64,000 nucleotides of DNA from the human T2T-CHM13v2.0 reference genome, Homo sapiens (GCF_009914755.1 NC_060935.1), one strand, 5' to 3'. Counted from the stretch's first letter, positions 44,601 to 61,419 are shown. Program-made: numbers and translations. The notes: generated from the sequence alone by a model not told the origin.

Positions 44601-47189
44601 AGTGACAAATTCTTTAGTTTTTCTTTGCTGTGGCTTGTTTTCTTTCACTGGTTCCACTCCTCACTTTTGTACCCCTAAGAGGGGGCATGGGGATTCTCAG
44701 GCCTAGTAGAGAAGAAGAGTGCTTTCCCTGGCTCCATATTATTGGAGATTCCCATTTGCTCTGGTGGGGAAAGAAAAGAAAACGTAAGTTGTTTTTTTTT
44801 TCTTTCTGTTACCAGATTTGGGTGGTGAAAAACACCCACTTTGAGATGCTTCTGTGTTGTGGAGGTGGGGACATAAGATGCTCTTCCACTGCGTTCTTAA
44901 ATCCTGGAGCTCCATCCAGTTTGCCTTTTTCTTATCATCCTTCAGAGCTCTCCTTTGCTTCTGTCTCACATTGTTTTCAGGATTTTTAGTGGTGCTTAGG
45001 GATGACACACAGGGAGAAGTAGATTCTACACAATCTTTTGAGTATCAGAAGTCATAAGCTGAATTGTGACTCAAGGTTCCTCACCAGTCTCAGTGATGGC
45101 CATTACTAAAAACAAACAAACAAACAAACAAGCATAGCACTGGAAATGTCTTTTGGGTTCGGCCTTATGCTGAGTCTTTAGAAGCCTTTGTTTTACATAC
45201 AAATATCAAAGAAAAGAATAGAGTTTACAAGAGTCTAAGACACACTGGTAAAATGGAAATTGTCTTTCCCAAAATTTTTCTTATCCCCATGTAGCAATTG
45301 CAAACCGTACCTTCACTGTCCATTCTGTCCATTCTTTCATCTGAGTGATGTTCCTTAAGAGCTTGGAAGTCTTTCCGCTATAGCAAGCAATATATATGAG
45401 GATAGCCTTCTCAGGAAAACCCTCTTGTCAATAACACATATTCCAGATATTCATGTTTTCTTTGCTTTTCTCATCAGAATGCTTATATTTCATGTTCCTT
45501 CCATTTACAGTTTTTCTGCCTGACTGTAGCTCATTTGATTATTTTATGCTAAGGTATTAATAGACACACATTATGCATCCTAGGAAATGTTCTCATTATA
45601 ACAATTCTTTTCAATGTCTCAACCTCAAGGAATAGTTAATGTAGATATTTAATTATTTTTGACCAGATGGTGACCAAAATGTTGTGAGCTTGTGCTTTTC
45701 TGTTTACAAAGGAGTCAAACTATTTGACCTGAGTGTCATTCCAGTATCATGACTCTAATTGATAAAATGTGAATGTTCATAATTAATTATGTCATTTCTC
45801 CCATTTCTACAATAATAAGAAACACCCATATTTTCCAAATGTTAAATGATCAGTGATTTAAAAAGGAATAATTATGCTACCTTTGCCAAGAATTTATTGA
45901 ATGTACACAGATGGAGTATCTTGTGAACTCAGTGGCTATATTTATCTGCTAGGAATAACGAGACATAAAGGAGAAAAATGATACTCTATAATTTTAAAAA
46001 TATTTTATCTTTCAGTTTGCTTTCTGCCCGCACACATAACTACATTCCACAGTTAAGCTATGCAATTACCGCATGAGGAACATGTTGCAACACATATTCT
46101 ATGTCTCATGCCCTTTGTATGCAGTTGGCTGTCAATGTATTAAAAAAGATGCTACCATTTTGGCCTTGTCCACTAAAAACTCAGGTTTGTAGGAAATTTA
46201 TTTTTATTGGCTTTCTTCTCACAAATTCTTCATAATAATAGAAGACTTATTTGATAGTCTTATTGCATTAATTGATTTTATGTGTTCTTATCCATGCACA
46301 TTTAAGGCAAAGACAGATTAAAAAGATGGGAGAGGGAGAGTGACCTAACTAGGAAAGATGTGTACAATTCTACCAAAAGCAACCGTGGCAAGTTAGATAT
46401 TTGAGCTCTGTTTTCTGCTTATGAAATGGAAAAACAGTGAGGTAGAAAGTCATGATTCTAGTGAATGCTTAATAATAATTTCCCTTCTGTCTTTTATGAC
46501 AGGGTTAATTCTGACATGAATAAAAAATGTAGAGAACAATATTTATCTTTCTTTGTCTTCAGCTTTGTCATTTAATAGGGGGCTTTAGCTTAGTAGATTT
46601 AGATTATAGATCTGTTTACATTTGTGACCTAATTCCTTTCAAAACTCCAGAATTGCCTTGTTTGTGTGATTGGTGCAACCTCAGGGAATATAAATGATTA
46701 AGACACAGTCGCTAGAACCATGGGGATAAGCTGTTTCTTCAGCAACTGCAGAAATGGCAAGGAGGGAGAAAATAATTGAGTATAACTAGATGTTTCGAGA
46801 GGATTTTGAGCTTTTATTGAGTTCTCAGATGCTTTCTTTATGCAGTTGTACAAGTATTTAATTGCATTTTTCTCCTTCTCTGAATTTTAATCTTTTTTCA
46901 TTTCAGAAAGCTTGAGTAATTACCAAACAGTATATTCCACTCCTGCATACATAGGAGCTGCTTCATGAAGTTCTCTCAGAGAATGTTACTTAATATTCCT
47001 CTAAGTTTGTGGAATGATGTAACAGAATATGGATAAAAGTAGCTAGGATTGCTTTTCATGTCTTTAGCTAGCTAAAATTTTATGGCATATGTTATTTTGC
47101 TGTCACTCTATTGGCTCTGTGCTATTGTAGGAAAATTGTATGTTAAGTTAAATTTTTATAAATCCTGTTGTTCCCATCTATATATATAT

Positions 47190-47473
47190 ATTTTTGAGAC
47201 AGAGCCTCCCTCTGTTGCCCAGGCTGGAGTGCAGTGGCACAATCACGGTTCACCGCAGCCTTGACCTTCCAGGTTCAAGTGATCCTGCTGCCTTAGCCTC
47301 CTGAGTAGCTGGCACTATAGGTGCACACCACCACACTCAGCTAATTTTTGTATTTTTTTGTAGAGACGAGGTTTCACCATGTTGCCCAGGCTGGTCTTGA
47401 ACTCCTGGGCTCAAGCGATTCACCTGCCTCGGCCTCCCAAAAGGAATTACAGGTGTTAGCCACCACACCCAGC
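47190..47473 (-). mobile_element. AluJ
   Basis: Antisense dimer. Confidence 0.9.
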
Positions 47474-47659
47474 TTCATTCCAATCTATTTATTTTGTTAA
47501 TAAGCTTATGCTTTACATGTTGGGCTCCTATTAAAGCATTCTTGCTGATTTATTTAAATATAAATTGTTACCAAGATAATAATAATTTCACCAATGTAGA
47601 AATAATCTCTTGTGTACTACTTGGTCAATAGTGTACTCATTCTTTCTTTCTCTTTCTTT

Positions 47660-47662
<3 letters not shown>

Positions 47663-47698
<36 letters not shown>
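47663..47698. repeat. (TG)n microsatellite
   Basis: Seen directly. Confidence 0.97.
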
Positions 47699-47702
<4 letters not shown>

Positions 47703-48062
47703 TGCACCTTTAACTGACACATCAATTTTTAACATTTGTTTGATGGAACATTTTCTTTTATTATTAAAAATAGATATAGTAAATGAGAGATGTTTAGAGG
47801 CAAAAATGAGAAAATTTTTCCATCCAAATAAAATTACTTTTATTATCACATACATACTTCTGTTAGCTATTTACATGCGTATATATTCTACATAGTTGTA
47901 TTCTTTATGCACATGGCTTTTCTACTTTTAAAATCATATTGTAAACATTTTTCCTTCTTTTGAGAGACTTCATAATTTGAATGCCAATCTTATTCTTGGT
48001 TGATATCCCATAATTTACTAAGTTATTTCCTCTTAAAATCTGTATAGTTTCTTATTGATCTG

Positions 48063-48432
48063 CTGTTTCAGTCCATTCCTATTGCTATAACACAATATTT
48101 CAGTCTGAGTAATTAATAAAGAACATACATTGATTGCTCACAGTGATGGAAGCTTGGAAGTCCAAGATCAAAGAACCAGCAGGTTCAGTGACTGGTGAGG
48201 GCCTAATCTCTGTTTCCAAGATGGCACTATGAATGGTGTGTCCTCACATGGTGGAAGATGGAAGGGCAAAAAGGGCAAACACTATGTGAAGCCTGTTTTA
48301 TAGGCCCTTAACTCCATTTATGAGGGTGGAGCCCTCTACTTGATTATCTCTTATAGTTTCTAACTCTTAGTATTATCACATTGGTAATTAAGTTTCAACA
48401 TAAGAATCTGATGGACATACTCAGACCATAGC
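48063..48432 (-). mobile_element. MST-family MaLR solo LTR
   Basis: tgtttcagtccattcctattgctataac...aagtccaagatcaa...cagaccatagca. Confidence 0.8.
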
Positions 48433-48808
48433 ATCTGCTATCTACTATCTATATTTCTCTTTATATTTTGAACTATTAGAGGTTATCTTATTATGTGACT
48501 TTGTACATGTATGTTTCTGTGTGTGTAGTTTCTGTTCAATTATTTCTCCATGATGAATTCCTAATAGGAGAGCTAGAAGACTGACAATTACAAATTCTTA
48601 TGTTGTTCTTTCTGTGTATTTTGGCAATTTTTTTTCTAAAAAGGTTGTATAAATTTTAAAAAGTTATTTTAAAAATTGTATGATTTTGGAGGTGTCAACA
48701 GTGTACAAAAAATATTGCTTGAAAATATAATGTGGAAGTGTGTCCACTGTCAGTATATGTGGAAACCCCAAAAATATTTGTCTTTGAATCAGAATATTAA
48801 CTTTCTAA

Positions 48809-49163
<355 letters not shown>

Positions 49164-49682
49164 AAGTTTTAGAGGTTTCTGAAGAATTTTTAGAAATGAT
49201 TGTTTTTATTTGTTTTATATGCAGACAGAATCACAAGCATAGAAAAATGTTTTCAGCAAGGTGTTTTTCTGATACATTATGCTATTCTGAATATTCACTA
49301 TCATCTGTTAGTAATTTTGCTGTAAATAACTTTTACAGAAAGACATTTTTATAGAAGTCTGGCTAACTAAATGCGTACCCGTCAGTTAAACTGAGGTCGT
49401 ATTCTGTCATATAGTAAAGTCCTGATGTTACTGGTCTTTTTCCACATTATAGTATTTAATAACATCTAGAGTACTAGTTTTATCTCGAGAAAATTTTGAA
49501 TATTATCAAGATGAACTTAACCACAACATGCAATTTAATTGAGAACTCATTAGTAATCTATTATCCTTCATTCGCACTGAGGAACACACCTGGATTTTCT
49601 TTTAGCCTTGGTCCATATTTACATAATATCCACTTGAAAATGCATTCTATCTAACCAGTTATCTAAATATCCAGATTATGTG

Positions 49683-50062
49683 TGTCTTAGTCTGCTTTGT
49701 GCTGCTGTAACAGAATATTACAGAATGGATTTTTTTTAAAAAGAAAATTTTTGTTTTCACAGATCTGGAGTCTGGGAAGTTCAAGATCAAGGTGCTGGCA
49801 TTTGGTAAGGGCTTGGTTTCTGAGTTCTTACGTAGCAAAAGGCAGAAGGGCAGAAAAAGGAATAGACACTGTACACTGACATGGCAGAAGTGCAAAAGAA
49901 AGTGAACCCACTCCTATAAGCTCTTTTTATAGTAGAATTAGTCCATTCATGAGGGAGAGCCTTCATGACCTAAACATCTCCGAAAAGGTGGCAACTCTCA
50001 ACACCGTTGCATTGAAGATTAAGTTTTCAACACATTAATTTTAGAGGACATTCAGACTGTAG
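49683..50062 (-). mobile_element. MST/MLT1A-family MaLR solo LTR
   Basis: tgtcttagtctgctttgtgctgctgtaacagaat...cattcagactgtag. Confidence 0.8.
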
Positions 50063-51747
50063 AATGAAGATAGCATGGAAAGCCATCCAAATGATGAATT
50101 GTATTTTCTCGTTCCCCAAACAGATGATTTTTGTTGTTACTTTTTTGTAGGCAGCTTTGTTGATTTTCTTCTCCCCTTAAATTTTGGTGTTACATGCAAT
50201 ACATATGCATTGTTAATTATTCTTAAACAAATATCTTCTGACATAGGTCAAAAGGATAATTGACAAAAGGCTGAAATTTAAGAAGGCACGTGTTCTTCCT
50301 ATACATGCGGAGGTCTCTATACCGTTGAACTGTACATGTAATATTGGCATGCTGATAATATATATTTTAAGGGCAGAAAATCTGATTAAGCATTCCATTT
50401 GGCTTCTTCCTGTATAGAAATGAGAATGTTTTTAGGAAAGATAGATCTGATCAGATTTTCATTTCAACTTCATAAAACAATAATCTTCTAAAAGAAAGGC
50501 CATTAAAATGATCAGATGAAAAAATTTTCATGAGATATTAAAAGTTTCTTAACTTTTTCTATATCAACTCTATCACAAATATTATGGCTTTCATTTATTT
50601 GTTTGGCTACCTATGATAGTTCAATAGTTTTAATCATGTGTGACTAGGGCTTTCAAGTTCATTTTTCAAAACAGAAATGCATTAACATTTAATGAAAAGA
50701 ATAATTAATTATTTCTAGTTTGGGTTTTACTTTGGCAAAAAATTTTAAAAAATGACCTTGTAATATTTTTTCATTCTTATTCATCCTGGCTATTCTTGAC
50801 ATGCATTTCTTCTATCCTTTATGTGTTTCTATTAACCTCAAAACTAATGTAATATTGATTATTTTCTAAGGTTATGTTTTATTGAAAAGTACAAGCATTT
50901 TTCAGATCAAATGATAGGCTAATTTTTAACTGTGAGATGTTGAATGAGATGAATTGTTAATATGCTGAAATATCTAGGAAAGTTTATAATACATTTGATT
51001 CTAGTAAAAGAAAAATGTATGGAAAGGGTAATTGAACTGTCAAAATTTCCCATCAGCACTTCAAAACCAGTGAGGTAGCTGCAAATTCTGTGCCTATTAT
51101 GTTTTAAGAAGTTTATTTATTTTTAATGAAGTGTTAAAAATGATGGTAGCAGAAGAAAGGTTAGCAATTCTGGTAAGGTATCACTTTTTTGATGTATTGT
51201 CTGTTAATTGATATCATGAGTGCCGAATATTTCTTTATATACAATTGTTGGATCTCCATTCTTAACCTCAAAGATTCCCCTGCATTTCATCAATTCTATA
51301 AGCATTTATTGTGTAACTCTAATTTATAAAGACTTGCCAAATTAAAAATAATATGTAATGCAGTTGAGGAAAGATATTTCTTCCTTTCACCTCAAGAATA
51401 CTAGAATTATGTGCTCTTCCATTTTAATCCACACTTTTTCTACCATCTTCGAACAAACAAACAAACAACTGCCCCAAAACACAAGTAGCATAGCATAAGT
51501 ATTAGTAATATGCGTTTCTTGGAAAATAGATAAACAGATCTACCCCCTAAATTTGTAAAGTCCTTGGTAAGTGGAACCAATTGAAGTACAAATAAAATAT
51601 GTCTATAATTTGAAAGTGATAAGCTATAAAATTGTTATGAGACATGAATTATTAGATAAAATATTTACTTTGCTTTTATTTTGACAAATATACCTTCATA
51701 GTGACCTATGAAGAAACTCAGGTTCTTATTTAAAATGTTTGATCATT

Positions 51748-52042
51748 GGCTGGGAACGGTGGCTCATGCCTGTAATCCCAGCACTTTGGGAGGCTGAGGC
51801 TGGCAGATCATCAGATCATGAGTTCGAGACCAGCCTGACCAACATGGTGAAACACTGGTAAAAATACAAAAAAATTTAGCCGGGCATGGTGGAGCGTGCC
51901 TGTAATCCCAGCTACTTAGGAGGCTGAGGTAGGTGAATTACTTGAACCCGGGAGGTAGAAGCTGCGGTGAGCCATGATTGTGCCACTGTACTCCAGCCTG
52001 GGCAACACAGCGAGACTCTGTCTCAAAAAAAAAAAAAAAAAA
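51748..52042 (+). mobile_element. AluS
   Basis: Dimer with long A tail; gatcat on both flanks. Confidence 0.93.
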
Positions 52043-52489
52043 GATCATCGTAGAGTTCTGCATAAAAATATGGCACTATAGAGAGACTTGGCCTCTCACT
52101 CCTTGATCTTGGCCCCCAGGCTGCAATCCAAATTCCCTTCTCTGTCCTATACCAGGAGAGGCCTGAGTGGCTATTTCAGCCTGCACGTCCATGCTCAGTT
52201 CACATCCCTGCACAGCTGCTTTTGACCACTTCTTATGTTTAGTGTTGCCCACACTGGGAGTGTGTGCATAACTGAGGGGATGCTGAGATGAGTTTCTAGG
52301 TATGTTCATCCATTGACCCCATGGACCTTTGCCCCATGCAGCAGTGCCTGGCAGGAGAATGTTGATTCTCTGAAGTGAATGCTCCAGACCAGGGGCCACA
52401 CTTGCCTAGTTTTCAGGGTGGTATTGGAGATAGACGACTTATGTTTGAATCTTTTTTGTCCCAACAAAAAGTTGTGTTTTCTTTAGTGT

Positions 52490-52715
52490 AAAGGCAGAGT
52501 GCCTGGATTCAAATGCCAGTTTCACCACTGAGTAGCTGTGTGACTTTGGGAATATTATTTAATTTCTCTTTCCCTCAGTTTCCTTATCTGTAAGTGAGGA
52601 TAATAATAAACCTAACTTGATTACTTGGAAAATTCAGCAAGTAAGCATTAAATGATATTTACAAAGTGCATAGTAAAGTGCTTGGCATATAGGAAACACT
52701 TGATAGGTGCTTGTT
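52490..52715 (+). mobile_element. MIR SINE
   Basis: cctggattcaaatgccag...agctgtgtgactttggg...ctcagtttccttatctgtaa. Confidence 0.85.
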
Positions 52716-55329
52716 AAAGAAGTAGGATAGTTTCTTTGTTTGCAAAAGTTGGGATTTTCATAACATTTTCATCATGAAGGGTTGCACAAAATAATGCCTA
52801 AAAAGTGCTATCCAATGTGTGGTACAAAGAAAGTACATCAGATTATTAAATAATAATAGAGTGTCAAGAAGTAAGCATAGTGTAACTGTAGACATACATA
52901 TAATACAAGTAAAAATTAGAGATTTTTTATATTTTTCTCTTTAGTACATTTTTTTGACAGTAATGCTATAGGCAAGCTTGTCTTGGTTTTGCAAGTTCAA
53001 AGAAATAACTATTACCCTTTTAATACATTTTATTGTTTTTAATGACCATTAATTTGAGAAATGAGAAATTCCTGTCTCACATTTGCCATTGTAAATGAAT
53101 CTATTTTTGTTACATGGTTTAATGGTAAAAAAGTGCTGGGCAGTTAACTTCATAACTAACACAGGGGCTAATAAGATATCATCAGTCAACTGCATGAAGT
53201 CACTTTGCTTCTCTCAGAAGCAATCTTTTACCTAGAATGACAGATAATGATGAATTAAATTTATTTTCACAAAAATGGTGTACAAAAGGTGAAAACGGTA
53301 AACGAAAGTACATACTCAATGTGTTCTTTCTGGAAATTGCCTTAGGCATGAACGTAAAAGCTGACAATGATCTTTTCTCCAGTTTTTTTCTTTTTTTGCT
53401 TAAAAATAAAAACATAAAGGTAGCTTTTAAGGTTCTTCAATGTCAAGAAATAGCAGACTCCATTCTTGAATTTAATTAATGGAAAATAAAAATCTGTCTC
53501 CTTAAATTTCTATCATTATCTATTTACACTGAAACGAATAGGCATCTTCAGGAAATGGGCTATAAAGCTGTGTGAAATCTTGGGAATACCGTTTTTAGGT
53601 TGCTGACATCTTAAAAGTAAAATTCAGTCACAATTCATTAGAGATACAATGTAGTGCAAACACTTTTTTTTTTGCTTAAAAGCTTAATTTTGGAATTGAA
53701 TTACTTAGAAGTATGATGGTTGATAACATGTTTAAATTATTCAACACTAGGTTATTACTAAGGTTTTGAGAAAATATTAATATTTATTGCACATTAATAA
53801 AATTTGAGCTTGCCTTTAAACATAAAGTATTCTTAGATTATTCAGTTTAATGGCTTTCAGGAAAACTGTTATGCCAAAATTATAAAATATATATAGATTT
53901 CCTACTAAACTCCAAATTCTTTTGAAAGTCATCAATCAAATGGTGAATGCATCATATTTAGAGATATGAAGTTCTCTAAAGGTGGTAAAGATACACTTGA
54001 GACACAGTCTGTTTCTTACAACCAAGTATTGACTTGAATCTTAATCGGGTACTCTATGAAAAGTCAACTTTTTGGTTAATTTTTTTAAAAGTATAAATGT
54101 ATACTTTTTAGCTTAAACATTTTAGCTTTTTCAAATTTTAAGACAGTTTTCAAATGTCAGATTTGTGTTTCATGGCATTTCTGATTTGAATAAAATTAAG
54201 GAAAAAATGTGGCAACACATTCTTATTTAGCATAGAAATATGCTAAGCATCACTGCTCTCATTTACACATTTAGAGTAAAAACATTTTCTCAAATATATA
54301 TTTTTAAATGAAATGTAATAGTTTCAAATAAGACCCTAAACCTACTACAGTGCCCAGTAAAATATTCATACCAAGTCCTCGCGCTCCCTCTACAACTGCC
54401 TATTTTGTTTGCAATAATCTACATCTACTTTTTTAAAGTATTTGAAGACTTGTCTGCCTCTCTCTCTGTTTCTCTTTCTCTTTGTTCTCTCTTTTTTCTC
54501 CCTCTCAAAACATTTTAAATTATAGAATTATAAAAATTTGATATCTATGACAAAAAAAGTTCTCAGGTGAAGCCTCCTTGAGACATACAGAATCCTGTAT
54601 GTATAGTTAGTAAGTTTCAGTTTATTTTCTGGTAAAATACCTATTTTCTATTCTCCGTTTAAGTGAAAGTTGTGTTACTTAAGTTAATGATAGCTTCTTT
54701 AATAAACCAAGTTCAAAATAAATAGTTTATCAAACATGGTTAAAGTTGCTTTCTTCTTCACATAAAATTCCAAACAGGAGTTCCTGATAGGCTAGTGGTT
54801 TCTGGCTATTAGTGTGGGATTCTGTGACCCAGGACTGTAAAATAAAGAATTGATTTTATACAATGGGAGTCTGTTCAGGGCATCAGGATTCTTCCAGCTT
54901 GTGTTTCTGCCTTCTACCTTTTTTAAATAGCCTCCAAATTCATAGTTTGAGTTTGCATGGTATCAGTGCGAGAGAAAGGGTATCAAGAATGATGAGGAAG
55001 ATTTTTATATACTTTGTCTGAAAATGGCTCACTTCTTTCTCCTTGTATTCCATTTGCTACAACTCAGTCATGGCCCCAGCGAAGTAAAAGGAATGCTAAG
55101 AATTGTAATGCAGTTATATTTTAGATGGATATTATTATTATCCTTTACTTCTAAGGATAGCAGAGCAGACACATTACAGGAAATTAGAAGATGATTTTAA
55201 AGTTACAAACTCCTATTACATACAATCAGTTCTTTAGTTTACAAGCTATTCTAAAATGGCTTGACAGGTTTCCTGAGTACAAACAAGTGAATAGAATAAT
55301 AATTGACCATGAAAGTTATATCCCATTTT

Positions 55330-55758
55330 CTGTATTAGGCTGTTCTCGCATTGCTATACATAAATATCTGAGACTGCGTAATTTATAAAGAAAAGAGGTT
55401 TAATTGGCTCACAGTTCTGCAGTCTTTACAGGAAGCATGATCTGGCATTTGCTCAGCTTCTGAGGCCTCAGAAACTTACAATCATGGGGGACAAAAGGGG
55501 GAGCAGGCACATTACATGGCCAGAGCAGGAGCAAGTGTGAGAGAGTGGTGAGAGGGAGGTGCCACACACTTTTAAACAACCAGATCTGTATGAACTCAGA
55601 TTGGGAGCTCACTTAACACCAAGGGGACGGCCCAAGACATTTATAAGGGATCTGCCCCCATAATCAAAACACTTCCCACAGGGCTCTACCTCTGACATTG
55701 GAGATTATATTTCGAATGAGATTTGGGTGGGGACAAGGAAATATCCAAGCTATATTAG
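55330..55758 (-). mobile_element. MSTA MaLR solo LTR
   Basis: tgtattaggctgttctcgcattgctat...aagaaaagaggtttaattggctcacagttctgc. Confidence 0.85.
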
Positions 55759-57222
55759 TGCATGATTCAATTGTGACAACTTAAAAGTTAATTAAATTAA
55801 GATGAATGAAAATGATGATAGCAAAGATTTGGTCAAAAAATGTGATTGATTGCTAAATTTAGTTTCACTATAGGGAAGCAACTTTATTTTTCATTATAAT
55901 TGAATTTTATATTGATAGCAGATGATACCCACTATGATATAAACGATTGGTGCATGTTTAGTAGCAGAGCCACTAGGTGCCATGAGAATGGATACAAGGG
56001 GAACAAAGATTCTTCTAAGGGCAAAGTCACCATTATTCAGAAATGCAAGCAGACAAGTGGATCAATTATATTGAACTCTAATGAAAACAAAATTAAAGAA
56101 AGACACATATATAGTAGTCAACAATGGGAGTACAGTCATCTTGGATGGCTGGGCATCTTGCACTTTGCACAAAGAGGCAAGTGAAATCTTGCTTATGTTC
56201 TGCTGACCAAGCCATGTGCCAGGGGCAAACCTGGGTCAACGAGGAGAAAGGGAGGTATTTTCTTAAAATACAATCTGGTCCTGAGTGATTGCATGGGTGT
56301 ACGTGGGTAGGGGTTTTCTAATGCACCTAATCAGAGGAGACATTTTTCCTTTTTTAATTTGCACAGATATACTTATGAGCTACTGGAGTCCTAGAAGTGA
56401 GTAAAAAATTGAGGTGGATGGGGTAACACAGAGCCAGATCAGGGAAAAACAAAGGTTTTGGTAATTTGAAGTTCGATTTCTTCACTTCTGAAATGAGAAG
56501 ATGGACTTGATTATTTTTATAATCCTATTTAAATCTAAGAATCTATGACTTTTTAAAAAGTATTTTGTTTACAATTTAAAGACAAAATTTGATATAAGTT
56601 CATATTTGTGTAAAAAATATTCAGTTAACATCATGTATTTTCAAATCCCTTGGTTCCTTATTTTTGTTGATACATAATTATTTTAAATATTTAGGGAGTA
56701 TATATGATATTTTAATACAAGCTTACAATATTTAATGATCACATCAGGTTAATTGGGACATCCATCACCTCAGACATTTACATTTCTTTGTGTTGGGATC
56801 ATTCCAAATTATCTTTGCTAGCTATTTAAAAATATATAATGATTACTGTTAATGATAGTCACCCTACTGTGCTATCCAATACTAACACTTATTCCTTCTG
56901 TTTAACTGTATGTTTGTACCCATTAACCAATTGCTCATTATCTCCCCACCCATTAAACAATTGTTCTTTATCTCTCCACTCCCCACCCTTCCAAGTCTTT
57001 GGTAACTATCATTTTACTCTCAAACCACCATGAGATCAACTTTTAAACATCTGACATATGAATGAGAGTATGCTGTATTTTTCTTTCTGTACCTTTCTTA
57101 TTTCACTTAGCATAATGATGTCCAATTTCATTCATGTTGCTGCAGATAGGATTTTTTTTTTTGGCTGAATAGTAGGTTGATTTCATATTCACATACTGTT
57201 GGCTTTGTCAAAAATCTGTTTG

Positions 57223-57365
57223 AGCCTGGTGTGGCTGTATGTGTCCCAGCTACTCAGAAAGTTGAGGTAGGAAGATTACTTGAGCCCAGGAATTTGAGGC
57301 TGCAGTGAACTGTGATTGTGCCACTCCACTCCAGCCTGGGGTACAGAGCAAGACTCCCTCTCAAA
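57223..57365 (+). mobile_element. Alu right monomer (FRAM/AluJ)
   Basis: tcccagctactc...ttgagcccaggaatttgaggctgcagtga. Confidence 0.8.
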
Positions 57366-58992
57366 TCAATCAATCAGTCAGTTTGCTGTAAATACGTGAA
57401 TGTATTTCTGGGTTCTCTATTTTGTTTCACTCGACTATGTGTCTGTTTTTATACCAGTACCATTGGTTTGGGTTACTATAGTTTTGTATACTGCAAAAGC
57501 TATGATGTCTCCAGCTTTGTTTTCTTTGCTCAGAATTGCTTTGGTGACTCGAACTCTTTTGTGGTTCCATACGAATTTTAGGATTGCCTTTTTTATTTCT
57601 GTGAAGAATGTCATTGATATTTTGATAGAAATTCTATTGAATCTGTAAATTGCTTTGGGTGGTATGATCATTTTAGCGATATTAATTCTTTTGATTCATT
57701 AGCATAAGAGGTCTTCCTATCTATGTCCTCTTTATTTCTTTTATCAGTGCTTTGCAGTTTGTGTTGTTGAGGTCTTTCACCTCATTGGTAAAATGGAATC
57801 CTAGGTATGCTTTTTTTGCAGCTATTATAAACAAGATTGCTTTCTTATTTTTCAGCTAGTTTGTAATTGGTGTATAGAGTCACTATTGATGTTTGTATGT
57901 TGATTTTGTACCTGCATTTTTACTGAATTTTAAAATCAGTTCTATGAATTTTCTGCTGCAGTCTGTAGCTTTTACTGTATATAAGATTACATCATCTACA
58001 AAAAGGGACAATTTGACTTCTTCTTTTTCAATTTGGATGCTGTTTATTTGTTTATTTATCTATTTATTTATTTTTACCTGATACCTCTGGCTAGGATTTC
58101 CAGTACTTTATTGAACAACAGTGATGAATGTGGGCATCATTGTCTGGTTCCAGTTCTTAGAGGAAGAGCTTTCAGTTTTTCCCTATTCCATGTTATGTTA
58201 TTTGCGAGTTTGTAATATATAGTCTTTATTATATTCATGTACATTCCTTCTATGATTAATTTTTTGAGTTTTTATTATGAAGATATGTAGAATTTTATCA
58301 AAAGCTTTTTCTGAGTCTATTGAGATAATCATATCAATAGATATGACTTTTGTCCCTCATTCTCTTGATGTGATGTATCACACTTATTGACTTGCATATA
58401 TTGAAACATGCTTGCATCCCTGTGATAAATCCCACTTGATCATAGTGTATTATTTTTTTGACATGTTGTGGGATTCAGTTTGCTACTGTTTTGTTGATAA
58501 ATTCTGTATTTATTTTCCACAGCAATCCTGGCCTGTAGTTTTGTTTTTTTTTTCTGTCTTTGTCTAGTTGGTATTAGAGTAATGCTGGTCTAGGAGAGTG
58601 AGTCAGGAGGAGTTCCCTCCTCTTCAGTTTTTTGGAATACTTTGAGAAGAATTGGTGTTAGTTGTTCTTTATAAGTTTGGTGGAATACAGGAGTAAAGCC
58701 ATACACTCCCTCAATTTTGTTTCCTGGGAAATTTGTTGTTACTGAATCAATCTTATTACTAGTTATTGGTCTGTTTGGGTTTTCTATTTCTTCCTATTAT
58801 AATCTTGGCAGGTTCCACGTGTCCAGTAATTTATCAATTTTCTCTAGGTTTTCCATTTTGTTAGAGAATAATTGTTCATAATAGTTTCTAACAGTCATTT
58901 GTATCTCTGTGGTATCAATTTTGATGTCTCCTTTTTCATTACTGATGTTATTTATTTCAGTCTTCTCTTTTTTTCTTGGTTAGTCTTGCTAG

Positions 58993-59514
<522 letters not shown>

Positions 59515-60097
59515 TAGGCATTTATTGCTATAAACTTTACACTTAGCATTGTTTGTGTTGTATGTCATAGATTTTGGTACACTGTGTTTCAAATTTTCAT
59601 TTACTTAAATTTTTTCCCCTCTTATTCACTGACCCAGTGGTTGTTCGGGAGCATGTTGTTTACTTTGTATGCATTTGTATAGCTTCTGAAGTTCTTCTTG
59701 TTATTGATTTCCAGCTTTAGTCCATTATAGTCTCAGAAGATGCTTGATATAATTTTGATTTTTAAAGAAGGAAAACAAGGACCAATGGAAATTTAATTTC
59801 TCTAGCCTAAAATTTATATTAAATTTCTGGCCAAAATCCATTTTTAATTTCTTTTTAAATTTTTCTGAATGTTTAAATATGAATCTTAATTATTTTATTA
59901 TATGGCCTGTTTGAAGTTCAACATCTAGTTGGAAAAAATGAAAGCTTGACATAATCTTTTCTCAAATAGAAACAGTTTGTTTATGTATATTAGTGAATTA
60001 TTTCTGCTGTCACCAAGGAACTAAGTGAGACTTAAACATACAGCCTTCAGTCAAAACAACAGATTACTCTCTTATCCGCCTCAAAAACAATTGATCA

Positions 60098-60483
<386 letters not shown>

Positions 60484-61419
60484 CTAGAGTATGCTTTTTA
60501 GATAAAAAAAAAATAAATCCCTAAAGATTTAAAAGTCTCTAAAGACTTTGAGCACTTTTACTTATTCTAATATGGAAAATCTGTTTTATTGATAAAAGAA
60601 TTTTGTACTCTTTAAATTTAATTGAAAGGATTATTTTTTAATAAACTCAGAAATTTAGAAATTAGGTATATAAGTTAACTTGAAAATTCAGTGTTTTAAT
60701 TGTAATTTCTTCACTCTGCTTTATCCAGTTGAGGGGAAAGGGGTAAGACAGTCTTCAGAATGAGAAGATGAGCACAATTTTTATTAATTTATTTTAAGGC
60801 GAGAAGGCATGTGTAATATAAAAACAAAACCTCATTAGTTATAGTCTAAAGAATAGAAAGACATAAAATGTGTCTCCGAGAATTTGTAAAACTTTGCTTT
60901 TTTCTTAAACTTTAAGCACATACATGCTCCCAGATAAAAACATGTGGACTGCATGTTAGTTTTTGAGGCATATTTTTAAGTTTTCTAATTCCAAAATTTT
61001 CCCAACCATAGGTGAAATATTTGTTTTATTTTATGATTTCTAAAGAGGTGATGGATTTGTTGATACCTTGATTTACTAATTCTACAATGTAAACATATGC
61101 CAAAGATCATATTAAAACCTGTATATATTAAATTGTTATTCATCAATTAGAAATAAGTTTTAAAAATTTAAAAAGTATTTATTTTTAACCATTATATCTA
61201 ATTTAAAAAATCATCCACGTTTAAATTGAAGTATATTCATTTACAAAGTCAGTGGTGTGTCCATATATTGCTTGGCAATGGTTGTCTTTTTTAAACAAAG
61301 TGATTCTCATTTGACCACAGGAATGTGATTTTAATATTTAATATGTAATGATTCATATCAGCTGTTACATTCAGTGAGGAATGACTAAATATCAATTAGC
61401 TAGGCAACACACCTCTCTT

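Noticed and set aside
46880-46990. Strong plus-strand acceptor cttttttcatttcag
   Set aside because: No good donor or open frame follows; such sites are common in AT-rich DNA
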